Shown here: piece by piece, positions 18,878 to 26,626 of the stretch
How positions within the stretch are numbered: the stretch's first letter is position 1
Layout of the letters: every line of letters starts with the position of its first letter
Notes under the pieces: model-generated
Told to the model about the DNA's origin: nothing
The model's database searches: none
Seen by the model: the letters and a program-made list of their open reading frames with translations, nothing else
Source: Clostridia bacterium
Lineage (GTDB): Bacteria; Bacillota; Clostridia; Christensenellales; UBA1242
Assembly (NCBI GenBank): GCA_045594425.1
Contig: JAZNYK010000007.1
Coordinates: 151,765-215,764 of the forward strand
Direction of reading: 5' to 3'
Length of the DNA: 64,000 nucleotides
Program-made: the position numbers and the translations under genes

Positions 18878-19873
18878 ATGGTAAATTTCGAAGGTAAAGA
18901 AAAAAGAGAGGCATCTATCAACGCTTGCCTCAAAGAATATGGTATTAAAAATTTAGAAGAAGCAAGAGAAATTTGTCTTGCTGCTGGCATTGACGTTGAA
19001 GCAACTGTAAAAGGTATTCAACCAATCTGCTTCGAAAACGCTGTTTGGGCATACACACTTGGCACTGCCCTTGCAATCAAAAATGATTGTCATTCTGCTG
19101 AAGAAGCCGGCAAATGGATTGGTATTGGACTTCAAGCATTCTGTGTTCCTGGTTCTGTTGCTGACCACAGAAAAGTTGGTCTTGGACACGGCAACCTTGC
19201 TTCAATGCTTTTAAATGAAAAAACAAAATGTTTCTGTTTCCTTGCAGGACATGAAAGTTTTGCCGCTGCTGAAGGTGCTATTGGTATTGCCTTAACTGCA
19301 AACAAAGTTAGAAAAGAACCACTCCAAGTTATCCTTAATGGTCTTGGAAAAGACGCTGCTTACATCATTTCAAGAATTAACGGTTTCACATATGTTAAAA
19401 CTGAATATGATTATGCAAATGCAAAACTTAACGTTGTTAGCCAAACAGCATTCTCTGATGGCGACAGAAGCAAAGTTAGATGCTATGGTGCAGACGATGT
19501 TAGCGAAGGTGTTGCAATCATGCAACATGAAAGCGTTGACGTTTCAATCACTGGTAACTCAACCAACCCAACACGTTTCCAACATCCAGTTGCAGGAACC
19601 TATAAAAAGGTTTGCACAGAAACAGGAAAAGCATACTTCTCTGTTGCTTCTGGTGGTGGCACAGGTAGAACACTCCACCCAGACAACATGGCTGCAGGTC
19701 CTGCTTCTTATGGTATGACAGACACCATGGGAAGAATGCACTCAGACGCTCAATTTGCAGGTTCTTCATCAGTTCCAGCACACGTTGACATGATGGGTCT
19801 TATTGGTATGGGCAACAACCCAATGGTTGGTGCATCTGTTGCACTTGCTGTTGCAATTGGCTCAAGAAAATAA
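18878..19873 (+). CDS. GGGtGRT family protein (function unknown)
   Basis: 331 aa containing the literal family motif SGGGTGRTLHPDNMAAGPASYGMTD. SD GGAG. Confidence 0.8.
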   Translation: MVNFEGKEKREASINACLKEYGIKNLEEAREICLAAGIDVEATVKGIQPICFENAVWAYTLGTALAIKNDCHSAEEAGKWIGIGLQAFCVPGSVADHRKVGLGHGNLASMLLNEKTKCFCFLAGHESFAAAEGAIGIALTANKVRKEPLQVILNGLGKDAAYIISRINGFTYVKTEYDYANAKLNVVSQTAFSDGDRSKVRCYGADDVSEGVAIMQHESVDVSITGNSTNPTRFQHPVAGTYKKVCTETGKAYFSVASGGGTGRTLHPDNMAAGPASYGMTDTMGRMHSDAQFAGSSSVPAHVDMMGLIGMGNNPMVGASVALAVAIGSRK

Positions 19874-19884
19874 TTTATACAAAT

Positions 19885-19916
19885 AAAAAAAGACTTCACA
19901 CCTGTGAAGTCTTTTA
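19885..19916. terminator. bidirectional intrinsic terminator
   Basis: A-run, AGACTTCAC (19891-19899), loop ACCT, GTGAAGTCT (19904-19912), T-run. Lies between convergent genes. Confidence 0.85.
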
Positions 19917-21680
19917 ATTTTGCCCATTTTGTCTATTTTGAAGATTCCATACTTCTTCAGCAGCAATTCTGAAAGCGTTGCTAGATTTTGCATCAAACCA
20001 ATCACTCGCCCTCTTTACGGTTGGCTCAACCTTTTCGTTAACATATCCAATAATTTTGCTTTCAGGATAACCTTGTGCCTGCAAAATTCTTGCATAGGCT
20101 TGATAATAATCTTCTAGTTTCACAATCGGCGAATTTAGTCTTATGTCTTGAATCATATTTGCAATGTTTTTTCTTTTAGTAAAACAATATAACATTCTTG
20201 GAATGTATGAATCATCAGCAACAGTTTTGTAGCAATTAAACAATTCTTCAATGCCAAGTGGTTCAACTTCTGAAACATCATTGCCATATTTGTTTGCAAT
20301 ATAGTTGTTGTGTTCTAACCTTTTTGCAATCTCATAATCTTTGTCAAATCCAGAAATTTCCGCTAAAATTGCAGGTTTTCTAGAAACAATATACTTTTCT
20401 ATCTTGTTCTCTGGAATGTGGTTAAATTTCAAAATAACGGTTTGCATATAAAGTTTGATTAACTCGTTGCTATAATAGACTAAATTGCAATCATCTAAAG
20501 ACAAATCTGCTTTTTCAACTGCACTTGCAACCTTTATATCACCAAACACTTTCATAAATTTTGATGTTGCATAGTCTGCACACTCATTTGTTAAATAAGC
20601 AAATTCTTTGCCAGTTAAAAACTTTTCATAAGAAAGTTCATCTTTATACTGCGGATATGCCTTCATAAAAAATTCTAAATAACCAGCCATAAATTCATCA
20701 TCAAAGGCATCAAAAATTTGTTTATAGTTATCACCAACAAGTGCTTCCGTGTTTTGATAAAGAAACTGCAAAAAGTTTTCTTCGTCAAATGTAAACGACT
20801 TTTTCATATCCTTAACATCATCAACATTAACGGCCGAAAGCAACATTGTGTTTCTGCTTTGTGAATGATATAAAACATCACCCTTTTTTGTGGTTGTTTT
20901 ATGCAATTCATCAGAATCATTGCATGGGTCGCAAAACACAATTCCATCAAACCCATACTTGGGGTCTTTTAAATAAACCATAACATTGTTATGAAGTTCA
21001 TCTTTTCTATGACCTTTTGTTCCAATGTTAATATAAAGCCATTGAATTTCGGAATCAATCCCCAGGCCAGCAAGCAACCCACACAACACTTTTGCATGAG
21101 CAGCACAAACAAAATATTCATCGGTTAGTGAAGATGTTAAAAGCCTTGATTGATACCAGTTTTTTTGATGTGTGTCATTTTTGTCGTTATACCAAAACTG
21201 TGACGCAACATCGTATGCCATCAAATACTCTTCAAATGGTGATAAGCCTAGTGATTTGATGTATTGAACTTGTGTGTTGATTAATTCATTTGCTTGAATA
21301 GAATCAGATAATGAAAAATCATGAAATTTCGCATGATATTTTTCAGAAACCACCAATTTTGCTGACTGTGGAAGCGTGTATTCAAGGTCAATCAATCTTT
21401 CAAGTTCATCAGTAGAAAGAACTCTGGTTGCCGATTTTAAAAAAGGTTGAGATGAATCAGGATTAAGTGTAACCAAAGAAAAAGTATAATCGTCTATTCC
21501 CGCTTGTTTTAGAATTTGCATACACTCATGTGCATAAGAAACAAACTCTTCATCAACATAAGGAATTTCAAATCTAAAACAAACACCAGAATCATTTGCT
21601 GTTAGACTAGATATTCGATTATAAGTTTTTTGGTCTGCAAGGTCCCAAACATTAATATTCCTGACTTTTCTTTTATTCAT
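19914..21680 (-). CDS. hypothetical protein with a transglutaminase-like Cys-His-Asp core
   Basis: About 588 aa. Start at ATG 21678-21680, 5 nt after AGGTGA. YFVCAAHAKVLCGLLAGLGI ... ELHNNVMVYL ... VFCDPCND resembles the papain-like transglutaminase core (C ... H ... D). No signal peptide. Confidence 0.55.
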   Translation of the reverse strand: MNKRKVRNINVWDLADQKTYNRISSLTANDSGVCFRFEIPYVDEEFVSYAHECMQILKQAGIDDYTFSLVTLNPDSSQPFLKSATRVLSTDELERLIDLEYTLPQSAKLVVSEKYHAKFHDFSLSDSIQANELINTQVQYIKSLGLSPFEEYLMAYDVASQFWYNDKNDTHQKNWYQSRLLTSSLTDEYFVCAAHAKVLCGLLAGLGIDSEIQWLYINIGTKGHRKDELHNNVMVYLKDPKYGFDGIVFCDPCNDSDELHKTTTKKGDVLYHSQSRNTMLLSAVNVDDVKDMKKSFTFDEENFLQFLYQNTEALVGDNYKQIFDAFDDEFMAGYLEFFMKAYPQYKDELSYEKFLTGKEFAYLTNECADYATSKFMKVFGDIKVASAVEKADLSLDDCNLVYYSNELIKLYMQTVILKFNHIPENKIEKYIVSRKPAILAEISGFDKDYEIAKRLEHNNYIANKYGNDVSEVEPLGIEELFNCYKTVADDSYIPRMLYCFTKRKNIANMIQDIRLNSPIVKLEDYYQAYARILQAQGYPESKIIGYVNEKVEPTVKRASDWFDAKSSNAFRIAAEEVWNLQNRQNGQN

Positions 21681-21786
21681 AAATCTCACCTAATAACTCT
21701 ATAAAAAGTATATCATAAGAAATATATACAATTCAAGACCATCTTAAAAATGTATACCAAAAACCTCGTAACTTCAAATAAAATAA

Positions 21787-21809
21787 GGTGTTATGTTTCG
21801 CATAACACC
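21787..21809 (-). repeat. GGTGTTATG-N5-CATAACACC hairpin copy (perfect arms)
   Basis: Plus strand GGTGTTATG-TTTCG-CATAACACC, 10 nt after the stop of the Rsm22-like gene. On the minus strand it is followed by TTATTTTATTTGAAGTTACGAGG. Confidence 0.85.
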
Positions 21810-21819
21810 CTATTATTTG

Positions 21820-22755
21820 CTAAATCAAATCATTGATTCTAGACTTTTTTGCTTTTTTAAATTCTTCTTTATTCTTTTTTGTATAAGCACATTTATTCAC
21901 TCCTTGTGGCGTGCATAAAACAAGTTCAACATTGTTCTCTTTTATTATTGGTCTTCTTATTATTCTTTGATAAGTGTTATCAAAACTATTTTTTTGTATT
22001 AATAAGTAAAAATATTTTTCATCTTCATATGACAAACTTCCAGACTTTGCAAGTTTGTGAAGTGAAGACCTTTCCACCCTAGCATAAAACTGACAATAGT
22101 CATTAACTAGCCCACACTTTTTGCTCATGCAAGGAGCAACAACATGATAACCTTTATTTTCAATATGTTTTTTTACCTTCATCATATTTTCATAGGTTCT
22201 TGGTGTTCCAGTATCAATAATAAGCAAACTATCGTTTGTTAAACTCAAAAGTTTATCAACAGCACAAATGCGGTCAGATTCAGTCATTTCAGAAAGCACA
22301 TAACTTGTTAAAACCAAATCAAACTTTTCGTTAGACACAAATTTTAAACAATCTTCTTTTGTCACATCAACACTATTTTCAGTTAGCATTTTAAAAACAT
22401 CAATCATGTTCTTTTCACGTTCAACAAGTGTAATATCAAGAGTGCTATCAATATCTTTTAATGCAAAATATCCTGCGCCAGTTCCACTGCCCATATCAAT
22501 CACTGTTTGCACATTATTTAGATATCCTTGTTTTACCAGAGAAGACACCAATGTGTAAACAACGGAGTATGTTGCAGGCATTCTTGATATTGCATATAAC
22601 ACACCATCTTCTCTTTTTTCAACAAGCGACTTACTTTGACCAGTTTGATTTTTATATTTATCAGTCATTTGCTTTTGCGTTTCAGTTAGTGTTTTTTTGT
22701 TTAAACTAGAATAAAGTGCATTTATTTTTTCTTGTAAATTTTGAGGCAAAATCAT
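21820..22755 (-). CDS. Rsm22-like class I SAM-dependent methyltransferase
   Basis: 311 aa. RMPATYSVVYTLV and SAM motif VIDMGSGTGAGYFAL, plus a C-terminal Cys cluster (APCMSKKCGLVNDYCQF), as in the Rsm22/small-subunit methyltransferase family. Confidence 0.7.
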   Translation of the reverse strand: MILPQNLQEKINALYSSLNKKTLTETQKQMTDKYKNQTGQSKSLVEKREDGVLYAISRMPATYSVVYTLVSSLVKQGYLNNVQTVIDMGSGTGAGYFALKDIDSTLDITLVEREKNMIDVFKMLTENSVDVTKEDCLKFVSNEKFDLVLTSYVLSEMTESDRICAVDKLLSLTNDSLLIIDTGTPRTYENMMKVKKHIENKGYHVVAPCMSKKCGLVNDYCQFYARVERSSLHKLAKSGSLSYEDEKYFYLLIQKNSFDNTYQRIIRRPIIKENNVELVLCTPQGVNKCAYTKKNKEEFKKAKKSRINDLI

Positions 22756-22765
22756 ATATTCTCCA

Positions 22766-22788
22766 TGTGTTATGTTTCACATAACACC
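22766..22788 (-). repeat. GGTGTTATG-N5-CATAACACC hairpin copy abutting an SD
   Basis: Plus strand TGTGTTATG-TTTCA-CATAACACC. On the minus strand the 3' arm ends 1 nt before the GGAG (22761-22764) of the Rsm22-like gene. No T-tract follows. Confidence 0.8.
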
Positions 22789-22851
22789 CCAAATTTTCTA
22801 GATTTACATTAAATAAAAGGGGTTAATTTCAAAATCAACCCCTCACATTAA

Positions 22852-23562
22852 TTAGTCATTCATGTTTGTTTTTAATGTTAAATGTTTTTCAATATTAAAC
22901 TCTTTCCAAGCATCCATTGTTTCAGGTGGATACACTCTATAAATCATCTTTTGTTTTGAAATAGGATGATAGAATGAAAGTTCAGTTGCAAACAAGTTAA
23001 GCATAACTTTTGGCATATTTTCTCCACCATACTTTTGGTCGCCATAAATAGGACATTTGATGCTCTTTAATTGAACTCTGATTTGATGTCCTCTGCCTGA
23101 ATATATTTTAACCTTAACAAGAGCGTGATTTGTTTCTGGATTGAACTCTAATGTTTCATAATCAAGTTCGGCTCTCTTTGCACCATTTTCAGACTGTGGA
23201 ACAATTTTTACCATGTTTGTTTTTTCATCTTTTTTCAAATAACTTACAATCTTGCCCTTTGCTTCTCTTGGCTTGCCACAAACAACAGCATAATAAGTTT
23301 TGTCAAACTCACCTGCTCTCATTTGTTCTGAAAGTCTTGAAGCGGCTTTGCTTGTTTTGGCAAAAACCATAGCACCACCAGTTGGTCTGTCAAGTCTATG
23401 AACAAGACCAACAAATGCTTCACCTGGCTTATTGTATTTTTCTTTAATATATTCCTTAACCCAAGTAAGCATATCTTTGTCACCGCTTTCATCTGGTTGA
23501 CTTGGAACTCCTTGTGGTTTGCTAACAACAATTACATGATTATCTTCATATAAAATTTCCAT
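22852..23562 (-). CDS. RluA family pseudouridine synthase
   Basis: MEILYEDNHVIVVSKPQGV..., catalytic motif HRLDRPTGG. Start at ATG 23560-23562 overlapping the upstream stop (TAATG). SD GGAGAGG. Confidence 0.9.
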   Translation of the reverse strand: MEILYEDNHVIVVSKPQGVPSQPDESGDKDMLTWVKEYIKEKYNKPGEAFVGLVHRLDRPTGGAMVFAKTSKAASRLSEQMRAGEFDKTYYAVVCGKPREAKGKIVSYLKKDEKTNMVKIVPQSENGAKRAELDYETLEFNPETNHALVKVKIYSGRGHQIRVQLKSIKCPIYGDQKYGGENMPKVMLNLFATELSFYHPISKQKMIYRVYPPETMDAWKEFNIEKHLTLKTNMND

Positions 23563-24425
23563 TATTTTCCTCTCCATAAACCGCTTGTGCCACATGGAAG
23601 AAGAACACCATCTTCTTCTGTTGGAAGACAAAGTTCATAAGCCTCTGAACTGCCTTTTTTGTCCTGCAAAGCAATATTTAATATATTTTCAAGAACAGTT
23701 GCGCCAAGCCCGGTTGTGTAACTGTTTATAAGAACGAAAAGTGGCTCATCTGACAAAACTTCTGTGCAAAGTTTAACAAAATCAAACAAGTTATCTTCAA
23801 GTTTCCAAACTTCACCATTTGAGCCTCTGCCATAACTTGGTGGGTCCATTATGATTGCATCATATTTATGACCACGCTTAATTTCTCGAGTGACAAATTT
23901 TGTGCAGTCATCAACAATATATCTTACATGAGCATTTTCTAAACCAGATAATCTAATATTTTCCTTGCAACGCTCAACCATGTTTTTTGCAGCGTCAACA
24001 TGACAAACACTTGCACCAGCAGATGCACAAGCAACTGTTGCACCACCAGTATAACCAAACAAGTTGAGAACACTTATTGGTCTGTTTGCTTTTTTGATTA
24101 AATCAATCATAACATCCCAGTTATGTGCTTGTTCAGGAAATAAACCTGTATGCTTAAATCCCATTGGTTTCAATGAGAATTTTAAGTTTTTATACGAAAT
24201 AGTCCATTCATTTGGTGTTTTCTTTAAATATTGCCATGCACCACCACCAGACTCACTTCTATGATACCAAGCGTGTAAGTTTTTATCTTTAGAAAGTGGT
24301 CTTTTTGAATGCCAAATAACTTGTGGGTCTGGGCGCAATAAAACAATGCCATTCCAACTCTCAAGTTTTTCGCCATCACCAGTAGCAATAACTTTATATT
24401 CTTTCCAATCTTTTGCGAGTTTCAT
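23562..24425 (-). CDS. class I SAM-dependent RNA methyltransferase (RlmI/RlmK-like)
   Basis: 287 aa. LNLFGYTGGATVACA (SAM motif I) and IIMDPPSYGRG (motif IV) are typical of the PF10672-type rRNA methyltransferases. Confidence 0.75.
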   Translation of the reverse strand: MKLAKDWKEYKVIATGDGEKLESWNGIVLLRPDPQVIWHSKRPLSKDKNLHAWYHRSESGGGAWQYLKKTPNEWTISYKNLKFSLKPMGFKHTGLFPEQAHNWDVMIDLIKKANRPISVLNLFGYTGGATVACASAGASVCHVDAAKNMVERCKENIRLSGLENAHVRYIVDDCTKFVTREIKRGHKYDAIIMDPPSYGRGSNGEVWKLEDNLFDFVKLCTEVLSDEPLFVLINSYTTGLGATVLENILNIALQDKKGSSEAYELCLPTEEDGVLLPCGTSGLWRGK

Positions 24426-24435
24426 AAAACCTTCT

Positions 24436-25155
24436 TTAATAATTATCTAATATTGTGTTTAAATCAATAAGGTCAGCACTAACAATAACAACCTTTGCTG
24501 GTTCTGTGTAATTGCCATTTTCAGTCAAAATTACACAAGAAAGTTTTCTGTTTTGTTGGAACATATACATAAGGTTTTCAATTGTAAGGCTTGCTGGAGC
24601 AACTTCATAGTGATTTGTTTCATTAAAAATATCCAAACACTTTGAAACTGGCTCGTTTATTGAATCATCTATATCTTTTTGTTGTTCAACAAATTTTCCA
24701 ATGCCGTCAACAACCATTTTTCTGTGAATAACACCAACAAGTGTGCCAGAAATATACACTGGAACAACTGAATATCCAGACCTTGACATTTGCAAAACAA
24801 CCTCTTTCAATGTTGTGTCACCATCAACGGTATAAACTTTTCTTGGTCTTAAACATTCAATAACTCTTGGTGGTGTTGTGATTAATCTTGTGATTTTTTC
24901 AATTTTTTCAACAACATCAACATTTGGTTCAGCAATAATATCATCATTGCTTTTGTGAACAATTGCATTACGAAGCCTTGCGTAATCAATAAGTTCTTCC
25001 TCAAATTTTGAAACAACCGTGTTCACATTTGCAACCTTTCGAATCATATCTGAAAAAGTAAGTGACCTTTTTATTGAATAAATATCACGAAGACCTTGGT
25101 CAAGTCTGTTATATGCCGAAATAAATCGTTTTGCATTAGCGTTCTTTTCTTCCAT
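24436..25155 (-). CDS. CBS-pair protein with an N-terminal helical domain carrying a HEPN-like RNxxxH motif
   Basis: About 239 aa from ATG 25153-25155 (AAGGAG upstream). The N-terminal roughly 100 aa include ELIDYARLRNAIVHKS (R at 24970-24972, H at 24955-24957). The C-terminal part has two CBS-like repeats (KVYTVDGDTTLKEVVLQMSRSGYSVVPVY..., HYEVAPASLTIENLMYMFQQNRKLSCVILT). Confidence 0.7.
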   Translation of the reverse strand: MEEKNANAKRFISAYNRLDQGLRDIYSIKRSLTFSDMIRKVANVNTVVSKFEEELIDYARLRNAIVHKSNDDIIAEPNVDVVEKIEKITRLITTPPRVIECLRPRKVYTVDGDTTLKEVVLQMSRSGYSVVPVYISGTLVGVIHRKMVVDGIGKFVEQQKDIDDSINEPVSKCLDIFNETNHYEVAPASLTIENLMYMFQQNRKLSCVILTENGNYTEPAKVVIVSADLIDLNTILDNY

Positions 25156-25241
25156 AAATTGCTCCTTTTGTCTACACAAACATAATAACAAAATTTTTAT
25201 GTTTAGTCAAAGTGATTTATGCTATATCAAAACAAACTTAA

Positions 25242-26168
25242 CTATCTATCCATTTGATTAGGATTTGCTTTTTGATGGGCTTTTATGATATCAATTGCTT
25301 GGTATAGCCCTTCAACAAAACCTCTTGTGTTTGGGTTTGTTAACAAAACATGGTCACCACCATGGTAATTTTCAAGCATTACCCTTTCGCTTTCTGGAAG
25401 ATATTTAATGTTGTCATTATCAAAAACACGAACTGGTTTGCCTTTTGAGGTTTTAACTTGACTAAATTCAACGCCCATAGCACCACAAAATTCTTGCATA
25501 ATTGAAGGTTTCATTTTTTGAACCTTTCCTGGTCTAATGAAAATTTTACAAGTTCCCTCTGGAGTTTTTATCAATTTCATTGGATAATCATCTTTAATTG
25601 AATCACCTGCAAAAATACAGTGTTTAATTTTTGATCTATCTGGGCACATCATTGAAGCAATTCTTTCAACACTTTCTAATTTTTTGTGTGATGAAGCCAT
25701 TCTGATTGCACGTTGTTCTTCACTGAATGCCTGTGGAACAAACACATCACTTAAACTATTTCCAAGTGGATTAATTTCAAAATAATAGTCATTTTCTTTA
25801 TAAACTAGATATCTAAAATATTTTTCACAAGTGTTTTCATAAACCATTTTTGCCCTTTCAGGCGAATCGTTTGAATGGTCAAAAAATGTCATACGCATAT
25901 CTTGATGAATACCAGGAGCATCATTTGCATCAATTGTTGCAAGTGAGGCATTTGTAACAACACAAATAACAGGTGTTAAACCTGTTTCTCTTTCAAAATC
26001 TTTAAGTGCCCTTGTTACACGTGCTTTAATTGCGGGAACTTCATTCATTTTATTTTCAGTATACATACAAGAGCAACTGTTATATTCACCAGAAAATGGC
26101 ACAATTGTTTCATTAAAATCAGTAAAAATTAAAATTTCATTGTCTTTTAATTGTTGATTTTTTCTCAT
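25242..26168 (-). CDS. hypothetical protein, HAD-superfamily-like
   Basis: 308 aa. Motif I-like ILIFTDFNETI (D-x-N-x-T), motif II-like ICVVTNAS, motif IV-like FAGDSIKDD. SD GAGGGG. Confidence 0.5.
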   Translation of the reverse strand: MRKNQQLKDNEILIFTDFNETIVPFSGEYNSCSCMYTENKMNEVPAIKARVTRALKDFERETGLTPVICVVTNASLATIDANDAPGIHQDMRMTFFDHSNDSPERAKMVYENTCEKYFRYLVYKENDYYFEINPLGNSLSDVFVPQAFSEEQRAIRMASSHKKLESVERIASMMCPDRSKIKHCIFAGDSIKDDYPMKLIKTPEGTCKIFIRPGKVQKMKPSIMQEFCGAMGVEFSQVKTSKGKPVRVFDNDNIKYLPESERVMLENYHGGDHVLLTNPNTRGFVEGLYQAIDIIKAHQKANPNQMDR

Positions 26169-26241
26169 AAAAATCCCCTCTAATACTTATTATATCATAC
26201 ATTTTAGTGTTTTTAAATACTTTTTTATATAAAAAATTCAC

Positions 26242-26269
26242 TTGCTTTTTGCGTGCAATGTGGTATAAT
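26242..26269 (+). promoter_or_regulatory. promoter of the SRP RNA gene (extended -10)
   Basis: TTGCTT (26242-26247), 16-nt spacer, TGgTATAAT (26261-26269). Confidence 0.7.
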
Positions 26270-26275
26270 ACATTT

Positions 26276-26546
26276 GTGCTAGGCTAAATGGGGAGCCAGT
26301 AGTGCCCTGTAACCTGAGATCTACTATAGCAGGATTGACCGCACTTTTAGGGATATGGTATGGAAGGTTGCGTTAAGCAAGCGATGTTGATAACAAGGTC
26401 TTAAGCAACAAAACTTTGTGAACCGTGTCAGAGCCTGACCGCAGCAGCACTAAGCAAATCATTTTGTGTGCCTTGAGGTTGCTTTGAAGTAGTTGGCTAC
26501 TTAATTTCCACTTCGGTGCTGTATAACAACAAGTGTGCCTAGCACT
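26276..26546 (+). ncRNA. ffs: signal recognition particle RNA, long Bacillus type with Alu domain
   Basis: 5' GTGCTAGGC pairs with 3' GCCTAGCAC (26537-26545), followed by a T9 run. GGGGAGCCAGTAGTGCCCTGTAACC...CTATAGCAGG and GAACCGTGTCAGAGCCTGACCGCAGCAGCACTAAG parallel the B. subtilis scRNA Alu and domain IV segments. Confidence 0.85.
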
Positions 26547-26590
26547 TTTTTTTTCGCAAATTATTTTGCAAAATCGATTTCTAACAAATC

Positions 26591-26625
26591 AAAAAAGATA
26601 TATGGAAATTCCATATATCTTTTTT
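26591..26625. terminator. bidirectional intrinsic terminator
   Basis: A-run, AGATATATGG (26596-26605), loop AATT, CCATATATCT (26610-26619... 26620), T-run. Lies immediately 3' of the protease gene stop at 26627. Confidence 0.8.
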
Positions 26626-26626
26626 A

